A stretch of 64,000 nt of DNA, taken from NCBI GenBank assembly GCA_963707795.1, contig OY970174.1:2208432-2272431 (forward strand). The letters run 5' to 3'. Position numbers and translations under genes: made by a program. This document shows, piece by piece, positions 9,254 through 19,196 of this stretch; position 1 is the stretch's first letter, and every line of letters begins with the position of its first letter. Under the pieces are notes generated by a model. It saw only the letters and a list, made by a program, of their open reading frames with translations, was not told the DNA's origin and made no database searches. The DNA is from an uncultured Acidobacteriota bacterium (GTDB lineage: Bacteria > Acidobacteriota > Vicinamibacteria > Vicinamibacterales > UBA2999).

Positions 9254-10791
9254 CCAAGCACGGGCATCTTGAACTCGGCACCCTTGCGAATGCCGGTTGG
9301 CCAGCGCTGCGAGATCGTCTTCAACCGGGTATAGAAACGCACGCCTTCCGGACCGTGCACGTAGTGATCGCCGAACAGCGAGCGCTTCCAGCCGCCGAAC
9401 GAGTGGAAGGCCATCGGCACCGGGATCGGCACGTTGATGCCGACCATGCCCGCCTTCACCCTGGTGCTGAACACGCGGGCGGCGTCACCGTCACGCGTGA
9501 AGATGGCGGTGCCATTACCGTACTCGTGCTCGTTGACCAGCTTGAGCGCCGCCTCGAAGTCGGGCACGCGCAGCACCGACAGCACGGGCCCGAAGATCTC
9601 CTCGCGATAGATCCGCATCGACGGCGTCACGCGGTCGAACAGCGTCGCGCCGAGGAAGAACCCGGTGTCGTGCGGCGCGCTGCGGCCATCGGTCACGAGC
9701 TCGGCGCCCTCCTCGACCCCCAGCGTGACGTAGTCGCGTACCCGGTTCAGGTGCGCATCGGTCACCAGCGGACCCATCTCCGCACCCGGCTCGTCGCCGG
9801 GCGCGATCTTGAGCGTCGCCAGGCGCGCCTTCAGGCGCGAGACGAGCTCGTCGGCGAGCTGGTCGCCGACGACGACGGCCACGGAGATGGCCATGCAGCG
9901 TTCCCCGGCCGAGCCGTAGGCGGCGCCGAGCAGCGCGTCGGTCGCCTGGTCGAGGTCCGCGTCCGGCATCACGACCATGTGGTTCTTCGCGCCGCCGAGC
10001 GCCTGCACGCGCTTGCCGGTCGCGGTGCCGTGCGTGTAGATGTACTCGGCAATCGGCGTCGACCCGACGAAGCTGATCGCCTCGATGCCGGGATGCGCGA
10101 GCAACGCGTCCACCGCCTCCTTGTCGCCGTTGACGACGTTGAAGACCCCGTCGGGCAGGCCGGCTTCCTTGAGCAGCCGCGCCAACTCGAGGCTCATCGA
10201 CGGATCCTTCTCGCTCGGCTTGAGGATGAAGGTGTTGCCGCAGGCCAGGGCGACCGGGAACATCCACATCGGCACCATCGCCGGGAAGTTGAACGGCGTG
10301 ATGCCGGCGACGACGCCCAGCGGCTGACGCAGCGAATAGCTGTCGACGCCGGTGCCCACCTCCTCGGTGAACTCCCCCTTCAGCAACTGCGGGATGCCGG
10401 TTGCGAACTCGACCACCTCGATGCCGCGCTGCATTTCGCCGGCCGCGTCCGAGGCGACCTTGCCATGTTCCGAGGTGATGATCGCGGCCAACCGGGTGAG
10501 GTCGCGCTCGAGCAGCGCGCGAAAACGGTTGAGGATCCGCGCGCGGCGAAGCGGCGGCGCGGCGGCCCACTGGGGAAACGCCGCCGTGGCGGCTGCGACC
10601 GCCGCATCGACGTCGGCCTTGCCGCCGAATGCCACCCGGCGCGCGACTGCTCCGGTGGCCGGGTTGAACACCTGACCGTACCGTCCGGATGTGCCTTCGA
10701 CCGGCGTGCCGCCGATGAAGTGGGGGACGACCGGGAGTGACGTCGCGGAGTCGACGGGACTCTCGATTGCGGAGCTTTTCAATCCAGACAT
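9250..10791 (-). CDS. mmsA: CoA-acylating methylmalonate-semialdehyde dehydrogenase
   Basis: 513 aa. HFIGG...[24 protein letters not shown]...ITSEHGK...[19 protein letters not shown]...[35 protein letters not shown] matches the MmsA subfamily of aldehyde dehydrogenases. Confidence 0.9.
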   Translation of the reverse strand: MSGLKSSAIESPVDSATSLPVVPHFIGGTPVEGTSGRYGQVFNPATGAVARRVAFGGKADVDAAVAAATAAFPQWAAAPPLRRARILNRFRALLERDLTRLAAIITSEHGKVASDAAGEMQRGIEVVEFATGIPQLLKGEFTEEVGTGVDSYSLRQPLGVVAGITPFNFPAMVPMWMFPVALACGNTFILKPSEKDPSMSLELARLLKEAGLPDGVFNVVNGDKEAVDALLAHPGIEAISFVGSTPIAEYIYTHGTATGKRVQALGGAKNHMVVMPDADLDQATDALLGAAYGSAGERCMAISVAVVVGDQLADELVSRLKARLATLKIAPGDEPGAEMGPLVTDAHLNRVRDYVTLGVEEGAELVTDGRSAPHDTGFFLGATLFDRVTPSMRIYREEIFGPVLSVLRVPDFEAALKLVNEHEYGNGTAIFTRDGDAARVFSTRVKAGMVGINVPIPVPMAFHSFGGWKRSLFGDHYVHGPEGVRFYTRLKTISQRWPTGIRKGAEFKMPVLG

Positions 10792-11178
10792 CGTGCTGTG
10801 ACCTCTCGAAAGGGTTACGCCCGGACTTGCCGCTAGAGCTGTGCCATTGCGTCAGCCGTCGGAATCCGGAGATTGTGCTGCGGTCAACCCGAGACCAGCG
10901 TCGGGGCCGCCATGAACGGATGACCTCGAACTCTGTTCATGAATACCGTACTTCTTCGGCGACGGAACGTGAAGCTCCTGATTTCATTGGCGCGAGGCGT
11001 CCCTCAGCCCCTCGTCTGGACGGCCCGGCGGCATCCGAGGAGTAGCCAATACTACTGTCAATTCGGCGTGACCACGCCGTTTGGAGAGCCGGACCCAGCC
11101 CTTTGCCGGCGCGCGATGGTTGCGGGGCAAGCAACCTGTTGAATCCGGACGTCGCCCGGATTGCAGCTGAGGCCGACC

Positions 11179-11895
11179 TTACCGTGCCTCGACCTCTTCA
11201 CCCAACAGCCCCTCCCGGAAAAGCGCGTCCGCTGACAGCAGGAATCCTCTGACTGGTCGCACGCGCAGCGCCACCGCGGCTGACGGCAGCATCCGACCGA
11301 TCGCCGCGACCAATGCCTTTGTCGCACGCTGGTCTGAGCTGCGATCGAGCAGCCACCACAGGATCATGCCAAGGTGCGCCACGTATAGCAGGCGCCCCAG
11401 CGACTCGGCGATCGGCCCCTTCGGTGCGTCGGTCGCGCCCACGACAGCTTCCTGGAAAACGCCCTGCACGCGCTTCCTCGAGAACGCCGTGTTCTGCGCG
11501 AACACTCCCTCCTCCGCGCCGCCGACCATCATCGGCGCCAGCGCGCGCAGGGTCACACGGTGGGGGGCGAGCGCGCGCAAGCTGAGCTCCAGGGCAAAGA
11601 TGAACCGTTCCCGCCACGTGCCGCGTGGCATCCCGGCGGCCCGCTGCGCAAAGGTCTCCGACAACTCGTCGTACAGCGCGAGGACGACGGACCGCTTGTT
11701 GGGGAAGTAACGATACAAGAGCGCGGGACTCACCCCGGCCCGGGTCGCGACATCGCGCAGCGTAGCCGCGTCATAACCGCGCTCGCCAATCAGAGCGATG
11801 GCCGCCTCGTAGAGCCGAAGACGGGTCGCCTCGCCTCCCGCCGTCCGACCTGGCGGCCGGCCTCTTTTTCGGTGCTTGCTAATTTCTGTAAACAC
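11179..11895 (-). CDS. TetR/AcrR family transcriptional regulator
   Basis: HTH RLRLYEAAIALIGERGYDAATLRDVATRAGVSPALLYRYFPNKRSV. The only available start is the GTG at 11895, which lies inside the palindrome listed next. Confidence 0.85.
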   Translation of the reverse strand: MFTEISKHRKRGRPPGRTAGGEATRLRLYEAAIALIGERGYDAATLRDVATRAGVSPALLYRYFPNKRSVVLALYDELSETFAQRAAGMPRGTWRERFIFALELSLRALAPHRVTLRALAPMMVGGAEEGVFAQNTAFSRKRVQGVFQEAVVGATDAPKGPIAESLGRLLYVAHLGMILWWLLDRSSDQRATKALVAAIGRMLPSAAVALRVRPVRGFLLSADALFREGLLGEEVEAR

Positions 11896-11902
11896 GTTTA
11901 CA
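11887..11902. promoter_or_regulatory. putative TetR operator (perfect palindrome TGTAAAC-AC-GTTTACA)
   Basis: 7-bp perfect inverted arms with a 2-bp spacer, the same architecture as 2816-2833. It overlaps the TetR start codon and lies in the divergent region towards the epimerase-family gene at 12005. Confidence 0.5.
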
Positions 11903-12004
11903 TTAAACCATGGTTATCGTCATGCCACAAGGTCGCTGCGCCGTCGTGGCCGGCACGCGTCCGATTGCCGAGCGGGTTGCTGCAGCGACGACTGGGCACA
12001 CTCG

Positions 12005-12979
12005 ATGAAGGTCGTGATCCCCGGCGGCTCTGGTCAAGTCGGCACTATCCTCGCGCGTGCCTTGCAGGCCGACGGGCACGACGTCGTAGTGCTCAGCCGT
12101 CAGCCGCAGGGCTCCCGGCCGTGGCGCACCGTTGCCTGGGATGGCGCCTCTCCTGGTCCCTGGATGGGGGAAGTCGATGGCAGCGAGGTGGTGATCAACC
12201 TCGCCGGTCGCAGCGTGAACTGCCGATACACGCGCCACCATCGGCAAGAGATCCTGGCTTCCAGAGTGACGTCCACGCGCGCGGTGGGCGTCGCCATCGC
12301 GCGGGCGCGCCGGCCGCCTCGAGTCTGGCTCCAGGCCGGCACGGCGACGATCTACGCGCATCGCCTTGACGCGCCGAACGACGAGGCTACCGGCGTGATC
12401 GGCGGCCAGGAGCCCGGCGCACCACGCAGCTGGAATTTCAGCATCGACGTGGCGCGGGCATGGGAGCGGGCCTTGAATGAATCCGACACCCCCAGGACGC
12501 GCAAGGTCGCACTGCGGTCAGCGATGACGATGAGCCCCGATGCGGGAGGCATTTTCGACACGCTTCTGACGCTGGTCAGGCGCGGCCTTGGCGGCGCGGC
12601 CGGCGACGGACGTCAGTTCGTGTCCTGGACTCACTTCGAGGACTTCGTCCGCGCCATCTACTGGCTCATCGACCACGACGAGGTCGCTGGCGCGGTGAAC
12701 ATCGCTGCCCCCTCTCCACTCCCGAACGTGGAGTTCATGCGGACGCTGCGCGAGGCATCCGGCACGCGCGTCGCCTTGCCCGCGACCAGGTGGATGCTCG
12801 AAATCGGCGCGGTATTCATGCGGACGGAGACCGAGCTGATTCTCAAGAGTCGGCGGGTGGTGCCCGGCCGTCTGCTTCACGGAGGCTTCGTTTTCAGGTA
12901 CCCGACCTGGGAGGCTGCCGCTCGCGACCTGTGCCGGCGATGGTCGGCGGCGCACCGGCGTCAATCGGTGGCTGCCTGA
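12005..12979 (+). CDS. TIGR01777/YfcH-like NAD-dependent epimerase/dehydratase family protein (DUF1731 C-terminus)
   Basis: The real start is the ATG at 12005 (MKVVIPGGSGQVGTILARALQADGHDVVVLSR, Rossmann GxxGxxG). C-terminal ...LLHGGFVFRYPTWEAAARDL is typical of DUF1731. Confidence 0.85.
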   Translation: MKVVIPGGSGQVGTILARALQADGHDVVVLSRQPQGSRPWRTVAWDGASPGPWMGEVDGSEVVINLAGRSVNCRYTRHHRQEILASRVTSTRAVGVAIARARRPPRVWLQAGTATIYAHRLDAPNDEATGVIGGQEPGAPRSWNFSIDVARAWERALNESDTPRTRKVALRSAMTMSPDAGGIFDTLLTLVRRGLGGAAGDGRQFVSWTHFEDFVRAIYWLIDHDEVAGAVNIAAPSPLPNVEFMRTLREASGTRVALPATRWMLEIGAVFMRTETELILKSRRVVPGRLLHGGFVFRYPTWEAAARDLCRRWSAAHRRQSVAA

Positions 12980-13129
12980 CAGGCACACGTAACGCACGGT
13001 GCGTATGCCAGCCCGAGGCCGACCTGTGGCACCGCTGGATTCTGGGTCGTGTACACGCGATTCGCCCCAGTTCGCCAGATCGTGCAAGATGGGCCGTCCG
13101 GTCACTGCCTCTGACGGGATGCCAAAACA

Positions 13130-14080
13130 ATGGCGGCAGCACTGCTCTCTCTCGACATCACGCCGAAGACGCCGGCAGCTCGGGAGAAGCTCGTGCGCGC
13201 CCTCCAAGCACTCGCCGCTGATGACGCCAACCTGGAGGTTCGGGCAGGCGTCGCACTCGACTGCACGGTCATCGGCGCCACCAGCGAGGCGCATCTCGAA
13301 CAGATCATCGACCGCTTGACGCGGGAGTTCGAGGTCGAGGCACACGTAGGCCGGCCCACGGTCACGTACCTGGAAACAGTGACGCGGGTAGCCGAGGGCA
13401 GTGCCAGGCATGTGAGGAAGGCCCATGAACAAAGGGAGTACGCTCACGTCTCCCTACGCCTGTATCCCGCAGAGACAGGAAGCGGCTATCGCTTCGAGGA
13501 CACCACGCTCGGCGGGGCGTTTCCGAAGCGCTTCTTGCCATCGATCGAGAGCGGCATCCGGGAGGCGATGGCGAACGGGATCCTGCACGGATATCCGATC
13601 GTCGACGTCCGAGTCGAAGTCCACGACGGGTCGCACCACGATACCGACTCGACAGATGCCGCCTTCAAAACGGCGGCGGCGGTGGCTTTCCAAGAGGCGG
13701 CGAAGAGGGCCCGGCCCATCGTGTTGGAGCCGGTCATGCAGGTCGTCGTCGGGGCGGACACCAGCCACGTCAAGGCTGTCCTCGAGGATCTCCTGATGCG
13801 GAGGGGCGACATGCAAGCGCGGACGCACCAACACGGCCAGGAGGTCATCACCGCGCGCGTGCCGCTCTCGGAGCTGTTCGGGTTCGAGGGGCAGCTCCGA
13901 GCACAGACACACGGACACGCGTCCTGCTCAATCCAGTTTGCTTGCTACCAGCCTGTCGTCGATGGCTCTGCGGACGATGACCGCATGTCTGGCGTTGGCA
14001 CGCCACGCCGGCCAGCGTCAGATCCTCGCGCCGATGCGGCGGCCGTTCCCGAGCCCGGCGACACCGAAACCGACGCCTGA
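13130..14080 (+). CDS. EF-G-like protein consisting only of domains III-V (no GTPase domain)
   Basis: 316 aa. DITPKT...LVRALQALAADDANLEV...GATSEAHLEQIIDRLTREFEVEAHVGRPTVTYLETV...YAHVSLRLYPAETGSGYRFEDTTLGGAFPKRFLPSIESGIREAMANGILHGYPIVDVRVEVHDGSHHDTDSTDAAFKTAA...LEPVMQVVVG...ARVPLSELFGFEGQLRAQTHGHA aligns by eye to EF-G domains III, IV and V. An in-frame stop sits at 13112-13114, and only 150 nt separate it from the previous gene. Confidence 0.75.
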   Translation: MAAALLSLDITPKTPAAREKLVRALQALAADDANLEVRAGVALDCTVIGATSEAHLEQIIDRLTREFEVEAHVGRPTVTYLETVTRVAEGSARHVRKAHEQREYAHVSLRLYPAETGSGYRFEDTTLGGAFPKRFLPSIESGIREAMANGILHGYPIVDVRVEVHDGSHHDTDSTDAAFKTAAAVAFQEAAKRARPIVLEPVMQVVVGADTSHVKAVLEDLLMRRGDMQARTHQHGQEVITARVPLSELFGFEGQLRAQTHGHASCSIQFACYQPVVDGSADDDRMSGVGTPRRPASDPRADAAAVPEPGDTETDA

Positions 14081-14362
14081 GCACCGTGCTGCAGCGCTGG
14101 CAGCGAACCGAGCCAGCAGCCGTCTCCCTGCTGCGACGAGGGGCCTGCGGCAAGTTGCTGACTCGCCGGCGATTACACGGATCTCCGTCGAACCATCGGT
14201 CCCCGAACGCCCGAACCCTTGCTGATCAGAATTACTCCTGCGTGAGCCAACTGCGCGCCGCCGCCGAGTCGATCACGGGAAATTTCGAGGTTGCCTGCGC
14301 GGCAGCCGCCAAAGCCAATGATTGCGATGCTCTGGTGACACCCGATCCCGACGGGTACCCCG

Positions 14363-14812
14363 ATGCATTCCTGTACGTGCCTCTCGCGGGCATTCAACGG
14401 CCCGTCGGTCGGCGGCCACATGACTCTCGGTCCCCAGCCGGCCGCCGGGTGGCGCGGATTGTGGTCGAGTCGTATGATTCGCCCGAGGGATCCGCCCGCC
14501 GCGGAGCCGCTCGTCGAGCGACTGGCCCGGGCAAGAGCCCCGCAGAAGCGTGGCCGCGCGCTGACGTTCATGGCACTCGACGAGGCGCTCGCCCCGGCCG
14601 CCGAGGCACCCGCCGCGATCGAGCGGCTCGGGCGCGCGCTCGACCGGCTCGCCTCGTTGGACCCGCGACCGGCCGAGTTCGTCGATCTCAAGTTCTTCTG
14701 CGGCTTCGCGTCTGGCGACATCGCCGCGCTGCGCGGCGTGTTTGGGCGCACGGTACCGCGCGACGGGGCCAAGGCGCGGGTGGTTCTGCACGACTCGCTG
14801 ATCGAAGACTGA
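14363..14812 (+). CDS. ECF-type sigma factor (TIGR02999/ECF43-like), only the region-4 half clearly present
   Basis: ...PLVERLARARAPQKRGRA..MALDEA....LGRALDRLASLDPRPAEFVDLKFFCGFASGDIAALRGVFGRTVPRDGAKARVVL matches the C-terminal half of kinase-associated ECF sigmas. The expected sigma-2 region is not intact. Faint remnants (VSQLRAAAES..., DAFLYVPL) lie in another frame at ~14240-14400. Confidence 0.55.
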   Translation: MHSCTCLSRAFNGPSVGGHMTLGPQPAAGWRGLWSSRMIRPRDPPAAEPLVERLARARAPQKRGRALTFMALDEALAPAAEAPAAIERLGRALDRLASLDPRPAEFVDLKFFCGFASGDIAALRGVFGRTVPRDGAKARVVLHDSLIED

Positions 14813-14860
14813 CGGTCGCCCGTCGGGTTGTCGTCCTCGATTGCGATCTATGGATGACGG

Positions 14861-17605
14861 ATGCGCGACATAGACCCGACCATCTGGCGGGAGCTGAGCC
14901 CGTTGCTCGACCGCGCGCTCGACATCGACGCGGCCGGGCGCGAGGCGTTTCTCGCCGGCGTCCGCGCCGAGCGTCCGGCTGTCGCTCCGCTCCTCGAGCA
15001 CCTGCTCGGCGAGCACGATCGGCTGCTGCACTCCCCGTTTCTCGAATCGCCGCCTCTCTCGAGCCAGGGCCCTGCCCCGACGCTGGCGGGTTCCGTCATC
15101 GGCGCCTACGCGCTCGAGGCCCCGCTCGGCATGGGCGGAATGGGCGCGGTCTGGCGCGCGCGCCGAATCGACGGCCGATACGAAGGCTCGGTCGCGATCA
15201 AGCTGCTGCACCTCGCGGTCCTCGAGCGGGGCGCCGACCGCTTCAGGCGCGAAGGAACGCTGCTCGCGCGGCTGTCGCATCCGTACATCGCGCGCCTCCT
15301 CGACGCCGGCGTCAGCGCGTCGGGGCAGCCCTATCTGGTGCTGGAACATGTCGATGGCGTGCCCATCGATCGCTACGCGGACGACCACCGGCTCGATGTT
15401 CGCGGGCGCCTCGGGCTCTTCCTGCAGGTCGCCGACGCGGTCGCGCACGCGCATGCGCACCTGATCGTGCACCGCGACATCAAACCGTCGAACGTGCTGG
15501 TGACCGCCGACGGCCAGGTCAAGCTGCTCGATTTCGGCGTCGCCAAGCTGCTCGACCAGGGCGCCGAGGCCGGACTCCCGACTCCGCTCACCCGCGAGGC
15601 CGGCGGGGCCCTGACGCCCGAGTACGCGGCGCCGGAACAGCTCACGGGTGCGCCGGTGTCGACCGCGACCGATGTCTACGCGCTCGGCGTGCTGCTCTTC
15701 GGGCTGCTCACCGGACGGCATCCAGCCGGATCGGGGCTCGGATCGCAGGCGGACCTGGTGCGGGCGATCGTCGACACGCCGCCACCTCGTCTTTCGGAGA
15801 CCGCCGACGAGCCGCGCGTGCGACGCCTGCTGCGCGGTGACCTCGACACCATCGCCGGCACGGCCATCAAAAAGGCTCCGAGCGACCGCTATCCATCGGT
15901 CACGCTCCTCGCGGACGATGTCCGGCGCCACCTGCGGCACGAGCCGATCAGCGCGCGGCCGGACACGCTGGCGTATCGCGCCGCGAAGTTCGTGCGCCGG
16001 CACCGCTGGCCGGTCGCCGCGGCCCTGGTCACGTTCGCGATGCTCTCGACCGGCCTCTATGTCGCCAATCGCGAGCGGCTGATCGCGGAGAGCCGCTTCC
16101 GGCAGCTGCGCCAACTCTCGCAGCAGGTCTTCGACCTGGACGCCCGCATCCGCAGCCTGCCGGGCTCGACCGAGGCGCGGCAGGCGCTGGTGGCGGCGTC
16201 GCTCGAGTATCTGGAGGGTCTGGCCCGTGATGCCGAACGCGATCTGGATCTGCTGCAGGAGGTCAGCGACGGGTATGCCCGCGTGGCCGGCATCCAGGGC
16301 GTGCCGACGCAGCCCAGTCTGGGCAACCTCGCCCAGGCCGAGGCGAGCCTCGCCAAGGCCGACGCGCTCGCCGACACGATCCTCGCGTCCCGGCCTCGCG
16401 ATCAGCGGGCGCTCGAGCGATCGGCGTTCGTCGCGCACGACCGCATGATCGTCGCGCAATCGGCGCGTCGCGAGGAGGATGCGCTGACACATGCCAGCCA
16501 GGCCGCCGGCCGGATGGACCGCGTGCTGGCGGACGGCGGGCCCAGCGACAGCGCGCGCAATGCGGCCTCCATTTTCTACGGCAATCTGGCCCTCGCCTAC
16601 GTCAACATGCGCCACTACGACCACGGGATTCGCCACGCGAGCCGGCAGGCCGATGTGACCGCGGCCTTGGCGTCGACGCCGGAGCGGAGGAACTCCGCGC
16701 GCGGCCTCGGGCTCAGCGTGCTCGCCAACGCGCGGCGCCTGCAAGGCGACCTCGAGGGCGCGCTGACGGCGATCCGGGAGGCTCGCGCACTCGCCGATCG
16801 ATCCACGACGGCGAACGAGTGGCAGCGCATGTTCGACCGGTACGGGATTCTGCTGCGCGAGGGCTTCATCCTCGGCGAGGACCGCGCCGTCAGCCTCGAG
16901 CGACCGGCTGAGGCGATCGTCCCGCTGCGTGAGGCGTTCGAGATGACCGAGGCCCTGGCGCGTCGCGACCCGAACGACTTCACCAGCCGCAGCCGCGTCG
17001 CCACCTCCGGACGCGAGCTGGCCGACATCCTGCGCTGGCGCGATCCGCAGGCGGCGCTCCTCGTCTACGACGTGGCGATCGGCCGGCTCGCAGAAATCCG
17101 GAACAGCGTGACCGCGCGCCGGGACCGCGCGCTGATCCTCGCCAACTCGTCGTACGCGCTGCGCCGTCTCGGGCGATCCGCCGACGCGCGGCGACGAGTG
17201 GATGAAGCCGTGACGATCCTCGGCGAGACCGGGGACTATCCGTCCGATCGGATCGGCGTGGACGCCGAGCTCCACACGGTGCTCCAGGCGCGCGCGGATC
17301 ATCTCGCGGCCAGCGGGGACACCAAGGCCGCCACCGGCGAGTACGAGCTGCTGCTCTCGCGCGTCTCCGCGGCCCAGCCCGACAGCGACAACGACCTGCG
17401 CACGGCCTACCAGGTCTCGTTGCTGTACGAGAACCTGGCGGGGCTTTATCGCGCGACCGGCGCCGTCGCGCTGGCCGACCGCCTGGATAGCAAACGGCTG
17501 GCCCTGTGGGACCACTGGAGCCGGAAACTCCCCGGCAATGTCTTCGTGCTCCGGCGGCTCCGGGTCGCGGGATCCGAACCTCCGCCCGCGGCCGCCCGGC
17601 CGTAG
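14861..17605 (+). CDS. Ser/Thr protein kinase with TM segment and large C-terminal TPR-like domain
   Basis: 914 aa. Kinase motifs GMGGMGAVWRA, AIKLL, HRDIKPSNVLV, DFGVAKL, APEQ. TM segment WPVAAALVTFAMLSTGLYV. Helical-repeat C-terminus. It lies immediately downstream of the ECF sigma. Confidence 0.9.
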   Translation: MRDIDPTIWRELSPLLDRALDIDAAGREAFLAGVRAERPAVAPLLEHLLGEHDRLLHSPFLESPPLSSQGPAPTLAGSVIGAYALEAPLGMGGMGAVWRARRIDGRYEGSVAIKLLHLAVLERGADRFRREGTLLARLSHPYIARLLDAGVSASGQPYLVLEHVDGVPIDRYADDHRLDVRGRLGLFLQVADAVAHAHAHLIVHRDIKPSNVLVTADGQVKLLDFGVAKLLDQGAEAGLPTPLTREAGGALTPEYAAPEQLTGAPVSTATDVYALGVLLFGLLTGRHPAGSGLGSQADLVRAIVDTPPPRLSETADEPRVRRLLRGDLDTIAGTAIKKAPSDRYPSVTLLADDVRRHLRHEPISARPDTLAYRAAKFVRRHRWPVAAALVTFAMLSTGLYVANRERLIAESRFRQLRQLSQQVFDLDARIRSLPGSTEARQALVAASLEYLEGLARDAERDLDLLQEVSDGYARVAGIQGVPTQPSLGNLAQAEASLAKADALADTILASRPRDQRALERSAFVAHDRMIVAQSARREEDALTHASQAAGRMDRVLADGGPSDSARNAASIFYGNLALAYVNMRHYDHGIRHASRQADVTAALASTPERRNSARGLGLSVLANARRLQGDLEGALTAIREARALADRSTTANEWQRMFDRYGILLREGFILGEDRAVSLERPAEAIVPLREAFEMTEALARRDPNDFTSRSRVATSGRELADILRWRDPQAALLVYDVAIGRLAEIRNSVTARRDRALILANSSYALRRLGRSADARRRVDEAVTILGETGDYPSDRIGVDAELHTVLQARADHLAASGDTKAATGEYELLLSRVSAAQPDSDNDLRTAYQVSLLYENLAGLYRATGAVALADRLDSKRLALWDHWSRKLPGNVFVLRRLRVAGSEPPPAAARP

Positions 17606-17777
17606 TCAGCGCGCTCAGCGCGGGGTCCGATCTTCGTCGGGTTCAGGGCGGGACTTGCGATGTCCTGCAGCGGCCTGTCACGTGGGGCCGGAACGCCACC
17701 ACCGTGGGATAAGCACCGGAGGTGTGAATCCCTCTCGAGGACCCACGCCACTCTTTTGCTCGGGCGATCAGCCGGCA

Positions 17778-19196
17778 CTACTGCGGGCCCTGGACGAACG
17801 GCCGCAGTCGAACGACTCGAAGACTGAGCGGTGTCTCGCCCTCGCTGATTTCGACCGGCACAGCCGCTGCGCGTGCGCGCTCCATCAGGTCTGCGTCACC
17901 GGTCAAGCGATACGGTTCCACATCGATCGCGACGGCGAGATACGAGCCCGGTAGAACTCGGTCCATCGCGTAGTACGAGACGCCGCCACGTCCTCGGTTC
18001 TTCTGCGTGGCGCGATATCCCCAGCCCAGCGGATCGATCTCGGCTGCATCCCGTGGCATCAGCAACACGGAACCAGTCAGATAAGGGTTGCCTTCCTCAT
18101 CGGTGACGGCTGCCATGAGCGTTCCGGTCCGGTCCGTGACGACGACCCTCACGTCCGTGACATCGACGCCAGGCTTGATATTGAGATTCGGTCCGGCGAG
18201 TACCTCGTTGGGTCCGTCAACGGATTGGATCGCCCAGTTGAACACCAGACCCATGGACTGGATTCGTCTGAGGCCGTACAGATCGCTGAATCGAAACGTT
18301 CCGTCCGCTTCAACCTCGGCGTCGAGTGAGGCGAAGTCGAATTCGCGCCCGACGGCCGTTGCCCTGATTCTTCCCAGCTTCGCACTGCGCGGCCATGGCG
18401 CAGGCCCTCCACCGGCCCATTCCAACCGGCCCGAGACCGTCGCTCCCCGCGCCGTAGTGACGTTAATACCCGCGATCGATGCGTCCGTCACTTCGACGGC
18501 GACCTCCGCGATCTCGAGTGGACGCCCGCGCCGTGTGCGTCCATTCGTCACGGTCAAGATATACGCTCCGGCCGGGACCCGCGACAGAGAGAACGCACCA
18601 TCCTGCGCGACCCTTGCGGTAGCGACCATCCTCGTCATGTACCCACTCAGAATGCCTGTGTACCCGACCGTTGCCGGTCCGCCGCGCAGCCAAATGTCAA
18701 AACTACCGGCGGCCTCGCCAGTCGATGTGTTGGCGACGCCACTGACCTCCATCAAGCGGATGGGCGTGACACGGATTGACACTGACTGTTCCTTGCCGGC
18801 CTCGACGACGATCGGCTGTGCGTCGGCGAGAGAAGTGGTGGCCGGATTGTAGGTCCGCATGTATCCGGTCGAGGCCTGCGCCGGGACCCTCGACTGCATC
18901 GTCACGGCGACGACATAGCGACCGGGTGGAAGCGAGTGCAACCGGAATTGGCCTCGGTCGTCGCTTTCGTCAGGATTGCCCGTGGGGATTTCGTAGTACG
19001 GTCCTGCCCACTTCTTGCGCCGGCCGACAGCCTGAACCCGAGCGCCGACAATCGCCGTACCGGATCCGTCCGTGACGATACCCGTAAGAACGCCGGTCGA
19101 CGTCGCAGGCGTTTGAACTGCGCGCACTTCGATGGCCGCTGCGGCAGTCACGGCGAGAATGCACAAGGTCCCAACGCCCCATACACGCATGGTCAT
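17778..19196 (-). CDS. secreted CarboxypepD_reg-like (carboxypeptidase regulatory-like) repeat protein
   Basis: Signal peptide MTMRVWGVGTLCILAVTAAAA. GVLTGIVTDGSGTAIVGARVQAV...LPPGRYVV is the typical repeat. Its ATG overlaps the stop of the upstream gene by 1 nt (TGATG at 19194-19198). Confidence 0.75.
   Translation of the reverse strand: MTMRVWGVGTLCILAVTAAAAIEVRAVQTPATSTGVLTGIVTDGSGTAIVGARVQAVGRRKKWAGPYYEIPTGNPDESDDRGQFRLHSLPPGRYVVAVTMQSRVPAQASTGYMRTYNPATTSLADAQPIVVEAGKEQSVSIRVTPIRLMEVSGVANTSTGEAAGSFDIWLRGGPATVGYTGILSGYMTRMVATARVAQDGAFSLSRVPAGAYILTVTNGRTRRGRPLEIAEVAVEVTDASIAGINVTTARGATVSGRLEWAGGGPAPWPRSAKLGRIRATAVGREFDFASLDAEVEADGTFRFSDLYGLRRIQSMGLVFNWAIQSVDGPNEVLAGPNLNIKPGVDVTDVRVVVTDRTGTLMAAVTDEEGNPYLTGSVLLMPRDAAEIDPLGWGYRATQKNRGRGGVSYYAMDRVLPGSYLAVAIDVEPYRLTGDADLMERARAAAVPVEISEGETPLSLRVVRLRPFVQGPQ

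Noticed and set aside
10792-11178. 387-nt lower-GC intergenic region upstream of mmsA, examined as a possible riboswitch or sRNA.
   Set aside because: I found only a 7-bp hairpin (AATCCGG-N7-CCGGATT, 11142-11162) and a weak AGTAG-N6-CTACT palindrome. There is no recognisable riboswitch core, so the evidence is insufficient.
14273-17515. 1080-aa ORF antisense to the Ser/Thr kinase. Similar long antisense or out-of-frame ORFs occur elsewhere, e.g. 53285-56317, 49742-51814, 7024-9117, 35679-37202 and 58135-59976.
   Set aside because: They are Arg/Pro/Ala/Gly-rich low-complexity translations with no motifs. They lie opposite genes with clear family signatures. These are typical shadow ORFs of GC-rich DNA.
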